From NCBI GenBank assembly GCA_028706395.1, contig JAQWBL010000004.1, forward strand, positions 1-60,167: a stretch of 60,167 nt of DNA, read 5' to 3'. Each line of letters starts with the position of its first letter. The first letter of the stretch is position 1. A model generated the notes under the pieces. That model saw nothing but the letters and a program-made list of their open reading frames with translations, did no database searches and was not told the DNA's origin. Both the position numbers and the translations under genes were made by a program. Of this stretch, positions 30,087 through 38,795 are shown in pieces. The stretch is from Bacilli bacterium. Its GTDB lineage: Bacteria; Bacillota_I; Bacilli_A; RF39; UBA660.

Positions 30087-30093
30087 AGTGAAG
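30087..30093. repeat. right copy of the 7-bp direct repeat AGTGAAG (attR core candidate)
   Basis: See the left copy. Here the repeat is followed in frame by the ATPase C-terminus. Confidence 0.75.
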
Positions 30094-30263
30094 CCATAAG
30101 TATGGCCGACCGAATTATCGTCTTGACCAAGAGGCCTGGTACAATTAAAAGTATCTATAATATTGAATTAACAGATAAATCATCACCAATTGAAAATAGG
30201 AAAGCAAAAGAATTTGCATATTACTATGATTTAATTTGGAAAGAAATTGATTTTCATGTATAG
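30087..30263 (+). pseudogene. ABC transporter ATP-binding protein, 3' portion of the split gene
   Basis: The in-frame reading is SEAISMADRIIVLTKRPGTIKSIYNIELTDKSSPIENRKAKEFAYYYDLIWKEIDFHV*. This is the usual continuation after the H-loop in NitT/TauT-type ATPases. There is no start codon or RBS of its own. Confidence 0.85.
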
Positions 30264-31047
30264 CAAAGAACATATTAAATATTTAAAAAAAATAAAACAA
30301 GAAAAGGTTCTTGTTCTGTTTATTCAAATCTTTTTATCTATACTTTTTTTTGTAATTTGGCAATTGCTCGCCAATTTTGAACTCATTAATACTTTTGTTT
30401 CTTCAAGTCCTACGAGAGTTGTTGATACGCTTATAACATTACATCAAACAAATAATTTATATCAACATATTTTTACAACAGTCTATGAAACAGTTATTAG
30501 CTTTACCCTTGGAACAATCATTGGAATAATTATTGCAACAGCTTTATGGTGGAATAAATTTATTTCTAAAATTCTAGAACCATATCTTATAATATTAAAT
30601 AGTTTACCAAAGGTAGCGCTAGGACCAATTATTATTATATGGATAGGTGCGAAAACCGGTTCAATTATTGTTATGGCACTACTTATTTCAGTTATCGTTA
30701 CTATTATTAATGTGTTACAAGGTTTTAATGAAACCGATCCTGTAAAAGTAAAATTAATGAAATCACTTGGAGCCAGTAAAGGTCAAACATTTTTCAAGCT
30801 TGTGTTACCTAGTAGTTTCAATAACATTATAAGTGCATTAAAAATAAACGTTAGTATGTCTTTAATTGGAATTATAATGGGAGAATTTTTAGTATCAAAA
30901 AAAGGTATCGGTTATTTAATAATGTATGGTTCGCAAGTCTTTAACTTAGACTTAGTAATAACTGGGGTAATAATACTTGCAATCGTATCAGCAATTATGT
31001 ATTATATTGTCTACTATATAGAAAAAAGACTAGTCAAAAATGATTAG
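30256..31047 (+). CDS. ABC transporter permease (NitT/TauT family)
   Basis: Multi-TM protein with the EAA-like loop LMKSLGASKGQTFFKLVLPSS. The probable start is ATG at 30256, which overlaps the ATPase stop (ATGTATAG). Confidence 0.85.
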   Translation: MYSKEHIKYLKKIKQEKVLVLFIQIFLSILFFVIWQLLANFELINTFVSSSPTRVVDTLITLHQTNNLYQHIFTTVYETVISFTLGTIIGIIIATALWWNKFISKILEPYLIILNSLPKVALGPIIIIWIGAKTGSIIVMALLISVIVTIINVLQGFNETDPVKVKLMKSLGASKGQTFFKLVLPSSFNNIISALKINVSMSLIGIIMGEFLVSKKGIGYLIMYGSQVFNLDLVITGVIILAIVSAIMYYIVYYIEKRLVKND

Positions 31048-31075
31048 TCTTTTTAATAATATACACACTAAATAA

Positions 31076-31507
31076 TTATTGATTAAATAGTTTATTTAAA
31101 TAGGATTGTAAATCAGTTGAATTAATAATTTTAAAATACTTTTGATTAACAAATAAGAAGTTGTCTCTTATTTCAAAAATGCCTAATGCCTTTGCACTTT
31201 TTTCATCAATTAACTCTAAATAGTAAACATCTTTAAAATTGGTACTTATATTAAGAACTGTATTCAAATCAATATTAAAATCAACAACAAATTTGTGACT
31301 ATCATTAGGATTTAATTTCTTTATAACATTTCCTTTTTTTATATTCATATAATAATCACAAGATTTTACATCCATATTTACAATAGAAATAATACTACTA
31401 TTTTCATAATAATGACCACATTTTATCTTATCATTATTTATAATTAGGAAACCAACAATAATTGCTATCACGAATAATAAAATCGAAATAATTTTTTTAC
31501 TTTTCAT
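31076..31507 (-). CDS. hypothetical membrane-anchored or secreted protein
   Basis: 143 aa with the N-terminal hydrophobic segment IISILLFVIAIIVGFLII. It is the last gene of a three-gene minus-strand unit and overlaps the upstream ORF by 11 nt. Confidence 0.55.
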   Translation of the reverse strand: MKSKKIISILLFVIAIIVGFLIINNDKIKCGHYYENSSIISIVNMDVKSCDYYMNIKKGNVIKKLNPNDSHKFVVDFNIDLNTVLNISTNFKDVYYLELIDEKSAKALGIFEIRDNFLFVNQKYFKIINSTDLQSYLNKLFNQ

Positions 31508-32087
31508 ATTTTGATATATACCTTTCTCGATCGTATTCTTTTCGATTTTTTATAGCATTTGTATATTTATATAGTTTTTCTTCTTCTTTCAGATTTGACG
31601 TACCATCGATACTAAAGTTAAAATCATTAATATCTAGTTTTATGTTTCCATCAATAGTTGCTAATAAAATTTCACCATCTTCCTGAGCGAAGGCAAAAAA
31701 AACATATATTTCGTTTTTTTGTGGAAAACCATTATCATCAAATAATATTAACTTATTATTTTCATATCCACCATTTTTTGAAACAATTGTTTTTTCGATT
31801 AAATTACCTTTTAAATTTTTTAGTACTCTTATCCCATACCTTGTGTATGGAATTTCCGGTAAACTTTCATTAAAGAAAGTCCCAATTACATTTTCCACTT
31901 TTCCAACAAAAATATAATCTACCAAACCAGAAAATTTTTGTAAATCATTACTATCGGCTATCGAGTTAGAATAAGACATTCCTTTTTCATTATTATTTGT
32001 GTAAACAATGTTATTTTCAACACATAAGTTTGTTCCAATTATTGTTAAAAATAATAAACCAATAAAGATTAATTTTTCTTTTTTCAT
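31497..32087 (-). CDS. hypothetical secreted protein
   Basis: 196 aa with the N-terminal signal-like segment LIFIGLLFLTIIGTNLC. Its start lies 1 nt after the stop of the protease gene. Confidence 0.55.
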   Translation of the reverse strand: MKKEKLIFIGLLFLTIIGTNLCVENNIVYTNNNEKGMSYSNSIADSNDLQKFSGLVDYIFVGKVENVIGTFFNESLPEIPYTRYGIRVLKNLKGNLIEKTIVSKNGGYENNKLILFDDNGFPQKNEIYVFFAFAQEDGEILLATIDGNIKLDINDFNFSIDGTSNLKEEEKLYKYTNAIKNRKEYDRERYISKYEK

Positions 32088-32088
32088 A

Positions 32089-32616
32089 TTATTTTCCCCA
32101 ATGACAATTATATGTCGCTATATCATGACTACCTATGTTTGTTTGCGAATAATTTCCTTGTCTCATTACTGTATTATGACCCACTACATTTCTTTCATCT
32201 AAGCCAAGAGCATGACCAAATTCATGAAGTATTGTGTAGGTTCTTTGATAAGAATTCATGGATTTAAAATAATAATTATTGTAAGCAATTACAGAAGCAA
32301 GGAAATTGGTATATCCATATATATTATCTACTTGACTATAATTTGCTATCCTAACATCATAATCGGAAACCAATGTTGGGAAAATGGATACCAAACCTAA
32401 ATTAGACCATTTTACAGCCTCATTAGCAACACTGTAAATAGATTCGTTTTTATATGTAATTTTTTGTTTACCAGTCCAGTCAGTTTGTGCAAAAGTATAA
32501 GGTATAGTGTATGCACAATCAGTTACTCTTATTGTTGGAGCTGCATTTACAATGCTTGAGGAAATCATCATGAATAAAATTATAGTACCAAAAAATAATT
32601 TGATAATTTCTTTCAT
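32089..32616 (-). CDS. small secreted zinc metalloprotease (metzincin-like, snapalysin/matrixin-related)
   Basis: It has a signal peptide (LFFGTIILFMMISSSIVNA) and the zinc motif HEFGHALGLDE, followed by NTVMRQG, a possible Met-turn. I prefer the start at 32616 (MKEII...), which follows an AAGGGTGA RBS. Confidence 0.7.
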   Translation of the reverse strand: MKEIIKLFFGTIILFMMISSSIVNAAPTIRVTDCAYTIPYTFAQTDWTGKQKITYKNESIYSVANEAVKWSNLGLVSIFPTLVSDYDVRIANYSQVDNIYGYTNFLASVIAYNNYYFKSMNSYQRTYTILHEFGHALGLDERNVVGHNTVMRQGNYSQTNIGSHDIATYNCHWGK

Positions 32617-32841
32617 AAAATCACCCTTCATTAAAATATTTTTTTACATCGAACAACAAAACATTTATTCTAATAACATCTCCTCCCTACTCTGTTATCA
32701 TGGCTATCTATATATTTTAATATTATTATAGCACTTCAAAATTGATTTTACAAATTTCTTTAATCAATTTATTTTTTCTAAGACATATACAATTTAAGAA
32801 AAAAGTGTTAAGCATATTATATCTTAGGAGGTGGATATTAT

Positions 32842-33009
32842 ATGAAAGAAAAAGAAATGGAAAAGGATGTAAAAAAACATCCCGCTAAAAAGGAAAATTG
32901 CGTAACTATAAATGTTTATGTAAAATGCGAAAAAGAAAACCCTTATTGTTGCGAAGAAGATAACAACACTTGTGTTGATATTAATGTGTATACTGAATGT
33001 GACAAATAA
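32842..33009 (+). CDS. 55-aa Cys-rich peptide with an internal tandem repeat
   Basis: AGGAGGTGG RBS 7 nt before the ATG. It reads MKEKEMEKDVKKHPAKKENCVTINVYVKCEKENPYCCEEDNNTCVDINVYTECDK. A strong terminator follows. It is below the track cut-off. Confidence 0.6.
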   Translation: MKEKEMEKDVKKHPAKKENCVTINVYVKCEKENPYCCEEDNNTCVDINVYTECDK

Positions 33010-33022
33010 CTGAGCCTATGAT

Positions 33023-33047
33023 AGAGAACCAATGGTTCTCTTTTTTT
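33023..33047 (+). terminator. intrinsic terminator after the Cys-rich micro-ORF
   Basis: 8-bp stem AGAGAACC/GGTTCTCT with a 3-nt loop, followed by TTTTTTT. Confidence 0.7.
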
Positions 33048-33132
33048 ATATTAAGAACATAATGTTTAATAGACAAGTTATAAAAAAAAGTGTAAAATAA
33101 ATATATACACAAATAAACGCAGGAGGATTTTT

Positions 33133-33804
33133 ATGAATTGGTTTTTATTTTATTACTCACTATTTATGATTTATTCATTTTTCGGTTGGGTATTTGAAAC
33201 ATTTTTTGTTAGTCTAGGTAAAAAGAAATTTGCCAATAGAGGTTTCTTAATTGGACCATATTGTCCGATATATGGACTATCAGCTGTTTTTATAATTTTA
33301 TTAGCAAGTAAATATAAAGAAAATTTTTTATTATTATTTATAATAATTATGTTGATAGCCGCTATTGTGGAATACTTAACAAGTTACATTATGGAAAAAG
33401 CATTTCGTGCGAGATGGTGGGATTATTCTACTCAAAGATTTAATCTTAATGGAAGAATTTGCTTACAAAATCTGATATTCTTTGGATTACTTGGTTCTTT
33501 TATGATTTACATATTAAATCCTCCACTTACTAATTTTATTAATAACTTAGACATTAAAACAGTAACAATATTAACGATTATCGTAGGTTTTATATTTATT
33601 GTTGATGTTGTTGTCTCATTTAAAGTTATTAGAAAAATTAAAACAACTGCTGAAGTATTAAAAAAAGACTATACAGATGAGATTACTGAAAAAGTTAAAG
33701 AAATTTTATTATCAAAATCTTTATTAACAAAACGTTTAATAAAAGCTTTCCCTAATATTAAATCGATTAATGTTCGAATTGGTAAAAAGAATAAAAATAA
33801 ATAA
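33133..33804 (+). CDS. multi-pass membrane protein (DUF1113 / putative ABC-transporter type IV family)
   Basis: 223 aa. YSFFGWVFETFFVSL and IGPYCPIYG are characteristic of this family. Confidence 0.6.
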   Translation: MNWFLFYYSLFMIYSFFGWVFETFFVSLGKKKFANRGFLIGPYCPIYGLSAVFIILLASKYKENFLLLFIIIMLIAAIVEYLTSYIMEKAFRARWWDYSTQRFNLNGRICLQNLIFFGLLGSFMIYILNPPLTNFINNLDIKTVTILTIIVGFIFIVDVVVSFKVIRKIKTTAEVLKKDYTDEITEKVKEILLSKSLLTKRLIKAFPNIKSINVRIGKKNKNK

Positions 33805-33833
33805 AAACAAAACCTGCTTAAGCAGGTTTTTTA
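33804..33833. terminator. bidirectional terminator between the membrane-protein gene and rbfA
   Basis: Stem AACCTGC/GCAGGTT with loop TTAA, flanked by an A-run on the left and a T-run on the right. Confidence 0.65.
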
Positions 33834-34166
33834 GTTATTAAGTTCATTAATAATATTTTCAATTTTACTTCCGTACTCAATAGACTCATCATAAACAAAA
33901 GTAATTTCAGGAATATATCTCATATCGACACGATCATGTAATTCACTTCTAATAAAACCTTTGGCTTTATTTAATGAAGCCATTGTTTCGTCCCTTTTAT
34001 CATCGTCTAATACTGTAACATAAACTTTTGCAAAACTTAAATCATTAGTTAACTTAACATCAGTTACAGTCACAAATTTAATGTTTTTATCTTTTACTTC
34101 TGTTGATAAAATATAGCTAATCTCTTGAAGAAGAATATTTGCTAATCTACTTATTTTAATACTCAT
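33831..34166 (-). CDS. rbfA: ribosome-binding factor A
   Basis: 111 aa. VTVTDVKLTNDLSFAKVYV is the typical RbfA block, and the gene lies directly after infB. Confidence 0.9.
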   Translation of the reverse strand: MSIKISRLANILLQEISYILSTEVKDKNIKFVTVTDVKLTNDLSFAKVYVTVLDDDKRDETMASLNKAKGFIRSELHDRVDMRYIPEITFVYDESIEYGSKIENIINELNN

Positions 34167-34173
34167 ATTTCAC

Positions 34174-36267
34174 CTATTTCTTTATTTCGACCATTTCAAA
34201 AGCTTCAATAACATCTCCAACTTTTAAATCGTTATAATCTTCGATTGTAATTCCACATTCATATCCCTTTTTAACTTCTTTAGCAGAATCTTTTTCACGT
34301 TGAATACTTTGAATTTGACCAGTGTAAATAACAATTCCATCACGGATAATTCTAACTTGTGAATTTGACTTAATAAGACCATCTATAACATATGAACCAG
34401 CAATTGTTCCAACTTTTGAAAATTTAAATAATTGACGTACTTCTGCACTACCAATAACCTTTTCTTCATATGTTGGTTCAAGCATACCTTTCATAGCTGC
34501 TTCCATTTCTTCAACGGCTTTATAAATGATATCATATAATCTTATTTCCACATTATTATCTTTTGCATAATTTCTAATTTCATTACTTGGTCTAACATTA
34601 AACCCAATAATTATAGCATCGGCTGCTTTAGCGAGTAAAATATCGCTTTCGGTAATTGCACCAACACTACTTCTTGTTACTTTAACACGAACTCCTTCAA
34701 CATCAATTCTTTCAAGAGTAAACTTAACTGCTTCCGCACTACCGTTTAAATCAGCTTTAACAATTACATTAACAGTTTTTACACCATCTTGAATTTTAGA
34801 AAATATATCATCAAGAGTGACTGCTTCTTTTATGTTACTAGTATTGTCTTGTTGTTTTCTTTTACGTTCTTCAGCAATACATCTAGCTTCTTTTTCTGTT
34901 TCAAAAGCCATGAATTTATCACCCGCAACAGGAACTTCTGATAAACCGGTAATGAAAACGGGTTGTGAAGGTGATGCTTCCGTTATTTCTTGACCATTTT
35001 CATTTTTCATAGTTCTTACTTTACCAAAACAAGTTCCAACAACAACTGGATCTCCAATTCTTAATGTTCCATTTTGAACAATAAGAGTTACTACTGATCC
35101 TGTATGTTTGTCTAAACGTGATTCAATAACAGTTCCGCTGGCATAACGATTTGGATTTGCGCGATAATCTTGCATCTCAGAAATTAATAAAATACTTTCT
35201 AGTAATTCACTTATTCCGTCACCCTTAAGAGCAGATATTTGATTATATAAAGTTTCTCCACCCCAAGTATCTGGCATTAATCCATATTCTGATAATTCAG
35301 TCATTATTCTTTCTGGATTAGCACCTGGTTTATCAATTTTATTAATAGCAACAATAATTGGTACATTAGATGCTTTAGCGTGATCAATTGCTTCTTTGGT
35401 CTGAGGCATAATTCCATCATCAGCCGCAACAATAATTATAACAATATCGGTTACACTCGCACCACGAGCACGCATTTCAGTAAAAGCTTCATGCCCAGGA
35501 GTGTCAATAAAAGTAATTAAACGATCATTACATTTTGTTTGATAAGCTCCTATGGTTTGAGTAATACCACCAGCCTCACCAGCCGCTATATTAGCTTTTC
35601 TAATTGTATCAAGCAATGTTGTTTTCCCATGATCAACATGTCCCATAATAGTAACAATTGCTGGTCTTGGAACTAAGTCCTTGGGATCATCAATAATTTC
35701 AAATTCTTCAAAATTACAAATATCAGCTGTTTCTTCACGTTTTAATTCTTTATTATAATCAAGTGCTAAAACCTCAGCACTTTCAAAACTAATACTATTA
35801 TTAACATTAGCCATAATTCCTAAAGTGAATAATTTTTTAACAATTTCTGCAGAACTAACACCTAATGCTTCAGCAAATTCTTTAACAGACATATTTTCTT
35901 TATATAGAACAACATTATCATTTGTAACAGAAACATTAGAAGTTAATTTTTCTTTATTTTTATACATTTTCTTTTTTTGACTCGCTAATTCTTCCTTCGA
36001 ATTAACAGGTGTTGTTTTTTTCTTTATTACCTTACGATTCTTACTAGTTTCCTCAACTTTAATTTTATTAGTATCAACAAGTTCTAAAGTCTCTTCATCA
36101 TCAACATCTAATTCAATAATATTATCTAGTTCAATAATAGCATCTTCAGATAACATGTCATCTTTATTAGTCACCTCAATCCCTAGACCAAGGCAATAAT
36201 TAAGTATTTCCTCTTCCGTTTTATTCATTTCTTTAGCGTATTCTTGCACACTCATCATATCGGTCAC
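34174..36267 (-). CDS. infB: translation initiation factor IF-2
   Basis: 697 aa. The GTPase motifs are [20 protein letters not shown] and NKIDK. Confidence 0.97.
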   Translation of the reverse strand: MTDMMSVQEYAKEMNKTEEEILNYCLGLGIEVTNKDDMLSEDAIIELDNIIELDVDDEETLELVDTNKIKVEETSKNRKVIKKKTTPVNSKEELASQKKKMYKNKEKLTSNVSVTNDNVVLYKENMSVKEFAEALGVSSAEIVKKLFTLGIMANVNNSISFESAEVLALDYNKELKREETADICNFEEFEIIDDPKDLVPRPAIVTIMGHVDHGKTTLLDTIRKANIAAGEAGGITQTIGAYQTKCNDRLITFIDTPGHEAFTEMRARGASVTDIVIIIVAADDGIMPQTKEAIDHAKASNVPIIVAINKIDKPGANPERIMTELSEYGLMPDTWGGETLYNQISALKGDGISELLESILLISEMQDYRANPNRYASGTVIESRLDKHTGSVVTLIVQNGTLRIGDPVVVGTCFGKVRTMKNENGQEITEASPSQPVFITGLSEVPVAGDKFMAFETEKEARCIAEERKRKQQDNTSNIKEAVTLDDIFSKIQDGVKTVNVIVKADLNGSAEAVKFTLERIDVEGVRVKVTRSSVGAITESDILLAKAADAIIIGFNVRPSNEIRNYAKDNNVEIRLYDIIYKAVEEMEAAMKGMLEPTYEEKVIGSAEVRQLFKFSKVGTIAGSYVIDGLIKSNSQVRIIRDGIVIYTGQIQSIQREKDSAKEVKKGYECGITIEDYNDLKVGDVIEAFEMVEIKK

Positions 36268-36274
36268 CTCTTTC

Positions 36275-36538
36275 TTATTTAATCATTTCTCGTAGCTCCT
36301 CAAAAAGCACATTTGGTACATCTACTTCTAAATGCTTATTTAATATTTTGTTCTTATATGCTTTCTCAATAACATTAATATCTTTTTTAAGATATGCTCC
36401 GCGTCCATTTTGTTTACCAGTTAGATCAATTACCACTTTATTTTCAGGGGTTCTAACAATCCTGATAAGTTCAGATTTTGGTAATTGTTCTTTCGTAACA
36501 ATACATCTACGCATTGGGATTTTTTTTGGTTTCATCAA
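36275..36538 (-). CDS. ylxR: YlxR (RnpM) family RNA-binding protein, DUF448
   Basis: 87 aa. It has MRRCIVTKEQLPKSELIRIV and GRGAYL, and lies between nusA and infB. Confidence 0.85.
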   Translation of the reverse strand: MMKPKKIPMRRCIVTKEQLPKSELIRIVRTPENKVVIDLTGKQNGRGAYLKKDINVIEKAYKNKILNKHLEVDVPNVLFEELREMIK

Positions 36539-36546
36539 AATCCTCC

Positions 36547-37680
36547 TTATTCTATAATATTTATTCCTTCTTCTTTGGCTTGTTCATAAGTTTTTATATC
36601 AAGTCGATAATGTGTCAAACGAGCAGCTAAACGCACATTTGATCCTTTTTTACCAATTGCAAGTGGTAGGTTTTCATTATTAACAACAACCATAGCACCT
36701 TTATTTGCTTCATCAGTTATAAAAACTCTAACATCCTTAGCAGGGCTTAATGCATTAGCAATAAATTTCGATGGATCTTTTTCATATAAAATAACATCTA
36801 TCTTTTCACCATTTAATTCATTGATAATACGATTAATACGGCTTCCTCCTTCACCAATACAAGCTCCAACAGCATCAACACTTGGGTTTTCAGAGTATAC
36901 AGCTATTTTAGTACGATTTCCAGCCTCACGTGCAACACTATAGACAAGGATAATTCCTTCTTCAATTTCAGGTATTTCTAATTCAAATAAACGTTTTACA
37001 AATCCATAATGATTACGTGATAGTAAGATTACTGTTCCTTTTGAATTGCTTTCAACTTTAGTTACATACACTCTAATATTTGACCCCATTTTGATTTCTT
37101 CACTTGGAATAATTTCTGTTTTTGGTAAGATCCCTTGGATTTTTCCAAAATCAATATAATAATTACGAACATCTTCCATAGCTACAATTCCACTAACCAT
37201 TTCATCTTGTTTGTCGCCATACTCTTCATTAATTATATTTCTTTCTGCTTCACGAATTTTTTGAATAACTACTTGCTTAGCAGTAGCAGCTGCAACACGT
37301 CCAAAATCCTTTGGAGTTACTTCTTCTTCAATTGTTTCACCAAGTTCAATATTTGGGACAATCATTCTTGCCTGTTCAAGAGTTAAATGTATTCTTTCAT
37401 CAAATGGTAATTTAACCTTTTCAATTATATCTTCTCCATCAAAAGTCTCATCAACAACGATTTCAACTTCACTTTCTGGATCAACAACAGTTTTAAAAGA
37501 ATATACTTTAATATCACCAGTTTCACGATTAATATCTACTCTAACGTTAGATAATGATTTATAATTCTTTTTATATGCTGAAGTAAGTGCGAGCTCAAGA
37601 GCATCAAAAATTATATCTTCTTTTACACCTTTTTCCTTCATCAATAATTCAAGTGCACTATTAAATGCTTTGATATCCAT
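36547..37680 (-). CDS. nusA: transcription termination/antitermination factor NusA
   Basis: 377 aa with an S1-like domain and two KH regions (GACIGEGGSRI, AIGKKGSNVRLA). Confidence 0.95.
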   Translation of the reverse strand: MDIKAFNSALELLMKEKGVKEDIIFDALELALTSAYKKNYKSLSNVRVDINRETGDIKVYSFKTVVDPESEVEIVVDETFDGEDIIEKVKLPFDERIHLTLEQARMIVPNIELGETIEEEVTPKDFGRVAAATAKQVVIQKIREAERNIINEEYGDKQDEMVSGIVAMEDVRNYYIDFGKIQGILPKTEIIPSEEIKMGSNIRVYVTKVESNSKGTVILLSRNHYGFVKRLFELEIPEIEEGIILVYSVAREAGNRTKIAVYSENPSVDAVGACIGEGGSRINRIINELNGEKIDVILYEKDPSKFIANALSPAKDVRVFITDEANKGAMVVVNNENLPLAIGKKGSNVRLAARLTHYRLDIKTYEQAKEEGINIIE

Positions 37681-37681
37681 T

Positions 37682-37936
37682 TTATTCTCTTCCCCTCTCT
37701 TTAGAACATACGTCTAAAATATAACTTTCTTCAATAAAATCATTTTCATCCAAAATTGGACTAATAAGATTATTAACAAAAACGCAATCATCAATATCAA
37801 CAATTCCTTCTTTATCAATAACAATTCTTAAAAATTGATGATTATCTTCTTTTTCATACTTTACTTCATCTAATTGATAGCCATTTTCATTCATAACATT
37901 TTCAATTAATTCTCTTACCTTTTCTTCTATTTTCAT
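37682..37936 (-). CDS. rimP: ribosome maturation factor RimP, short form (N-terminal domain only)
   Basis: ATG at 37936 after GGAGGA. The sequence MKIEEKVRELIENVMNENGYQLDEVKYEKEDNHQFLRIVIDKEGIVDIDDCVFVNNLISPILDENDFIEESYILDVCS aligns with the RimP N-domain. It ends where other RimPs read LEVSSPG. The nusA ATG follows 1 nt after the stop. Confidence 0.7.
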   Translation of the reverse strand: MKIEEKVRELIENVMNENGYQLDEVKYEKEDNHQFLRIVIDKEGIVDIDDCVFVNNLISPILDENDFIEESYILDVCSKERGRE

Positions 37937-37956
37937 AAATTCCTCCATCTGTACGA

Positions 37957-37978
37957 AAGAGTGGGTCGCCCCACTCTT
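37957..37978 (-). promoter_or_regulatory. GC-rich 9-bp hairpin in the rimP 5' leader
   Basis: AAGAGTGGG-TCGC-CCCACTCTT, ending 10 nt upstream of the rimP RBS. It has no U-run, so it does not look like a terminator. Confidence 0.35.
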
Positions 37979-38083
37979 CCTTTCTAGAAACATTATAGCA
38001 TAATTCTTGCTTTTTGGAAACTTTAAGATGAATATATATATTAATTTTATTATTTTTGATATAATTATATTGGAGATGATAAA

Positions 38084-38785
38084 ATGTTAGACTCATTTAA
38101 TAACAAAAAAAGTAAAAAAATATTAATTGGAGTAGGTGTTTTTTTCTTATATTCTTTAGTAACATTATTCAAAGGTTATCCACTACAGTTACTCGGAATA
38201 AAAGAATTAAGTCAAACTATGTCTTTATTATATTCATTAGTTATTTCTTTATTATTATTATTTACCATTATTTTTATTTATAGAGATAAACTTAAATTTA
38301 ATTTTAGAGATCTTTTGCTTAATCACAAAACATACTTTGAAAAGTATTTAAAATATTGGCTTTTAGCACTTTTTGCTATGGCCTTGCTGAACTTAATTAT
38401 ATTAAATTTTGTACCAAATGATCTTCCTACAAATGAAAAAGCTATTAGAGAAATTTTTGCTGTCAATCCATTTATGGTTTTTGTGTCAGCCGTCTTAATA
38501 GCGCCCGTTTTAGAAGAATTAGTCTTCCGTCAAAGTTTTAGAAATGTCTTTAAAGACGATATAGTATTTGTTGTTGTTTCAGCACTTGTGTTTGGTTCAT
38601 TTCATGTTATTGGATCATTTACTGAACTTATTGATTTTATTTATATTATTCCTTATAGTATTCCTGGCATTGCTTTCGCCCTTATGCTTAAGGAAACAGA
38701 CAACGTCCTAGTACCAATGGGATTCCACTTTTTACATAACGGAGTTTTAATTGCTCTACAATTTTTATTACTTATACTAGGATAG
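38084..38785 (+). CDS. CPBP family intramembrane glutamic endopeptidase (CAAX protease-like)
   Basis: 233 aa, multi-TM. The family motifs are EELVFRQ, FGSFH and HFLHN. Confidence 0.8.
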   Translation: MLDSFNNKKSKKILIGVGVFFLYSLVTLFKGYPLQLLGIKELSQTMSLLYSLVISLLLLFTIIFIYRDKLKFNFRDLLLNHKTYFEKYLKYWLLALFAMALLNLIILNFVPNDLPTNEKAIREIFAVNPFMVFVSAVLIAPVLEELVFRQSFRNVFKDDIVFVVVSALVFGSFHVIGSFTELIDFIYIIPYSIPGIAFALMLKETDNVLVPMGFHFLHNGVLIALQFLLLILG

Positions 38786-38795
38786 GAGTGAAAGG

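Larger units (their letters stand above)
18106..30093. mobile_element. integrated ~12-kb large-serine-recombinase element carrying a cgs-like/pgi/pgm operon
   Basis: It interrupts the ABC ATPase ORF. Deleting one repeat copy plus the intervening 11,981 bp restores ...VTHDISE|AISMADRIIVL..., a 248-aa protein. The recombinase gene lies about 150 bp from the right junction. All four large genes are co-oriented. Confidence 0.8.

Noticed and set aside
18106-30093. Reading the 12-kb insert as a prophage or ICE.
   Set aside because: Apart from the serine recombinase I find no capsid, portal, terminase, tail, lysis, replication, relaxase or type IV secretion-like ORFs. All the remaining coding capacity is taken by pgm, pgi and the giant glucan-synthase-like gene.
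32842-33009. Identifying the Cys-rich peptide as a SCIFF/ranthipeptide precursor.
   Set aside because: It has six Cys, but the spacing and sequence do not resemble the SCIFF GGCGECQTSC-type core. No radical-SAM maturase is adjacent.
37902-38096. A 64-aa minus-strand ORF upstream of and overlapping rimP.
   Set aside because: It spans the divergent promoter region and the rimP leader and start. It has no RBS and no recognisable similarity. The in-frame extension of rimP to 37993 was likewise rejected in favour of the ATG at 37936, which has a GGAGGA RBS.
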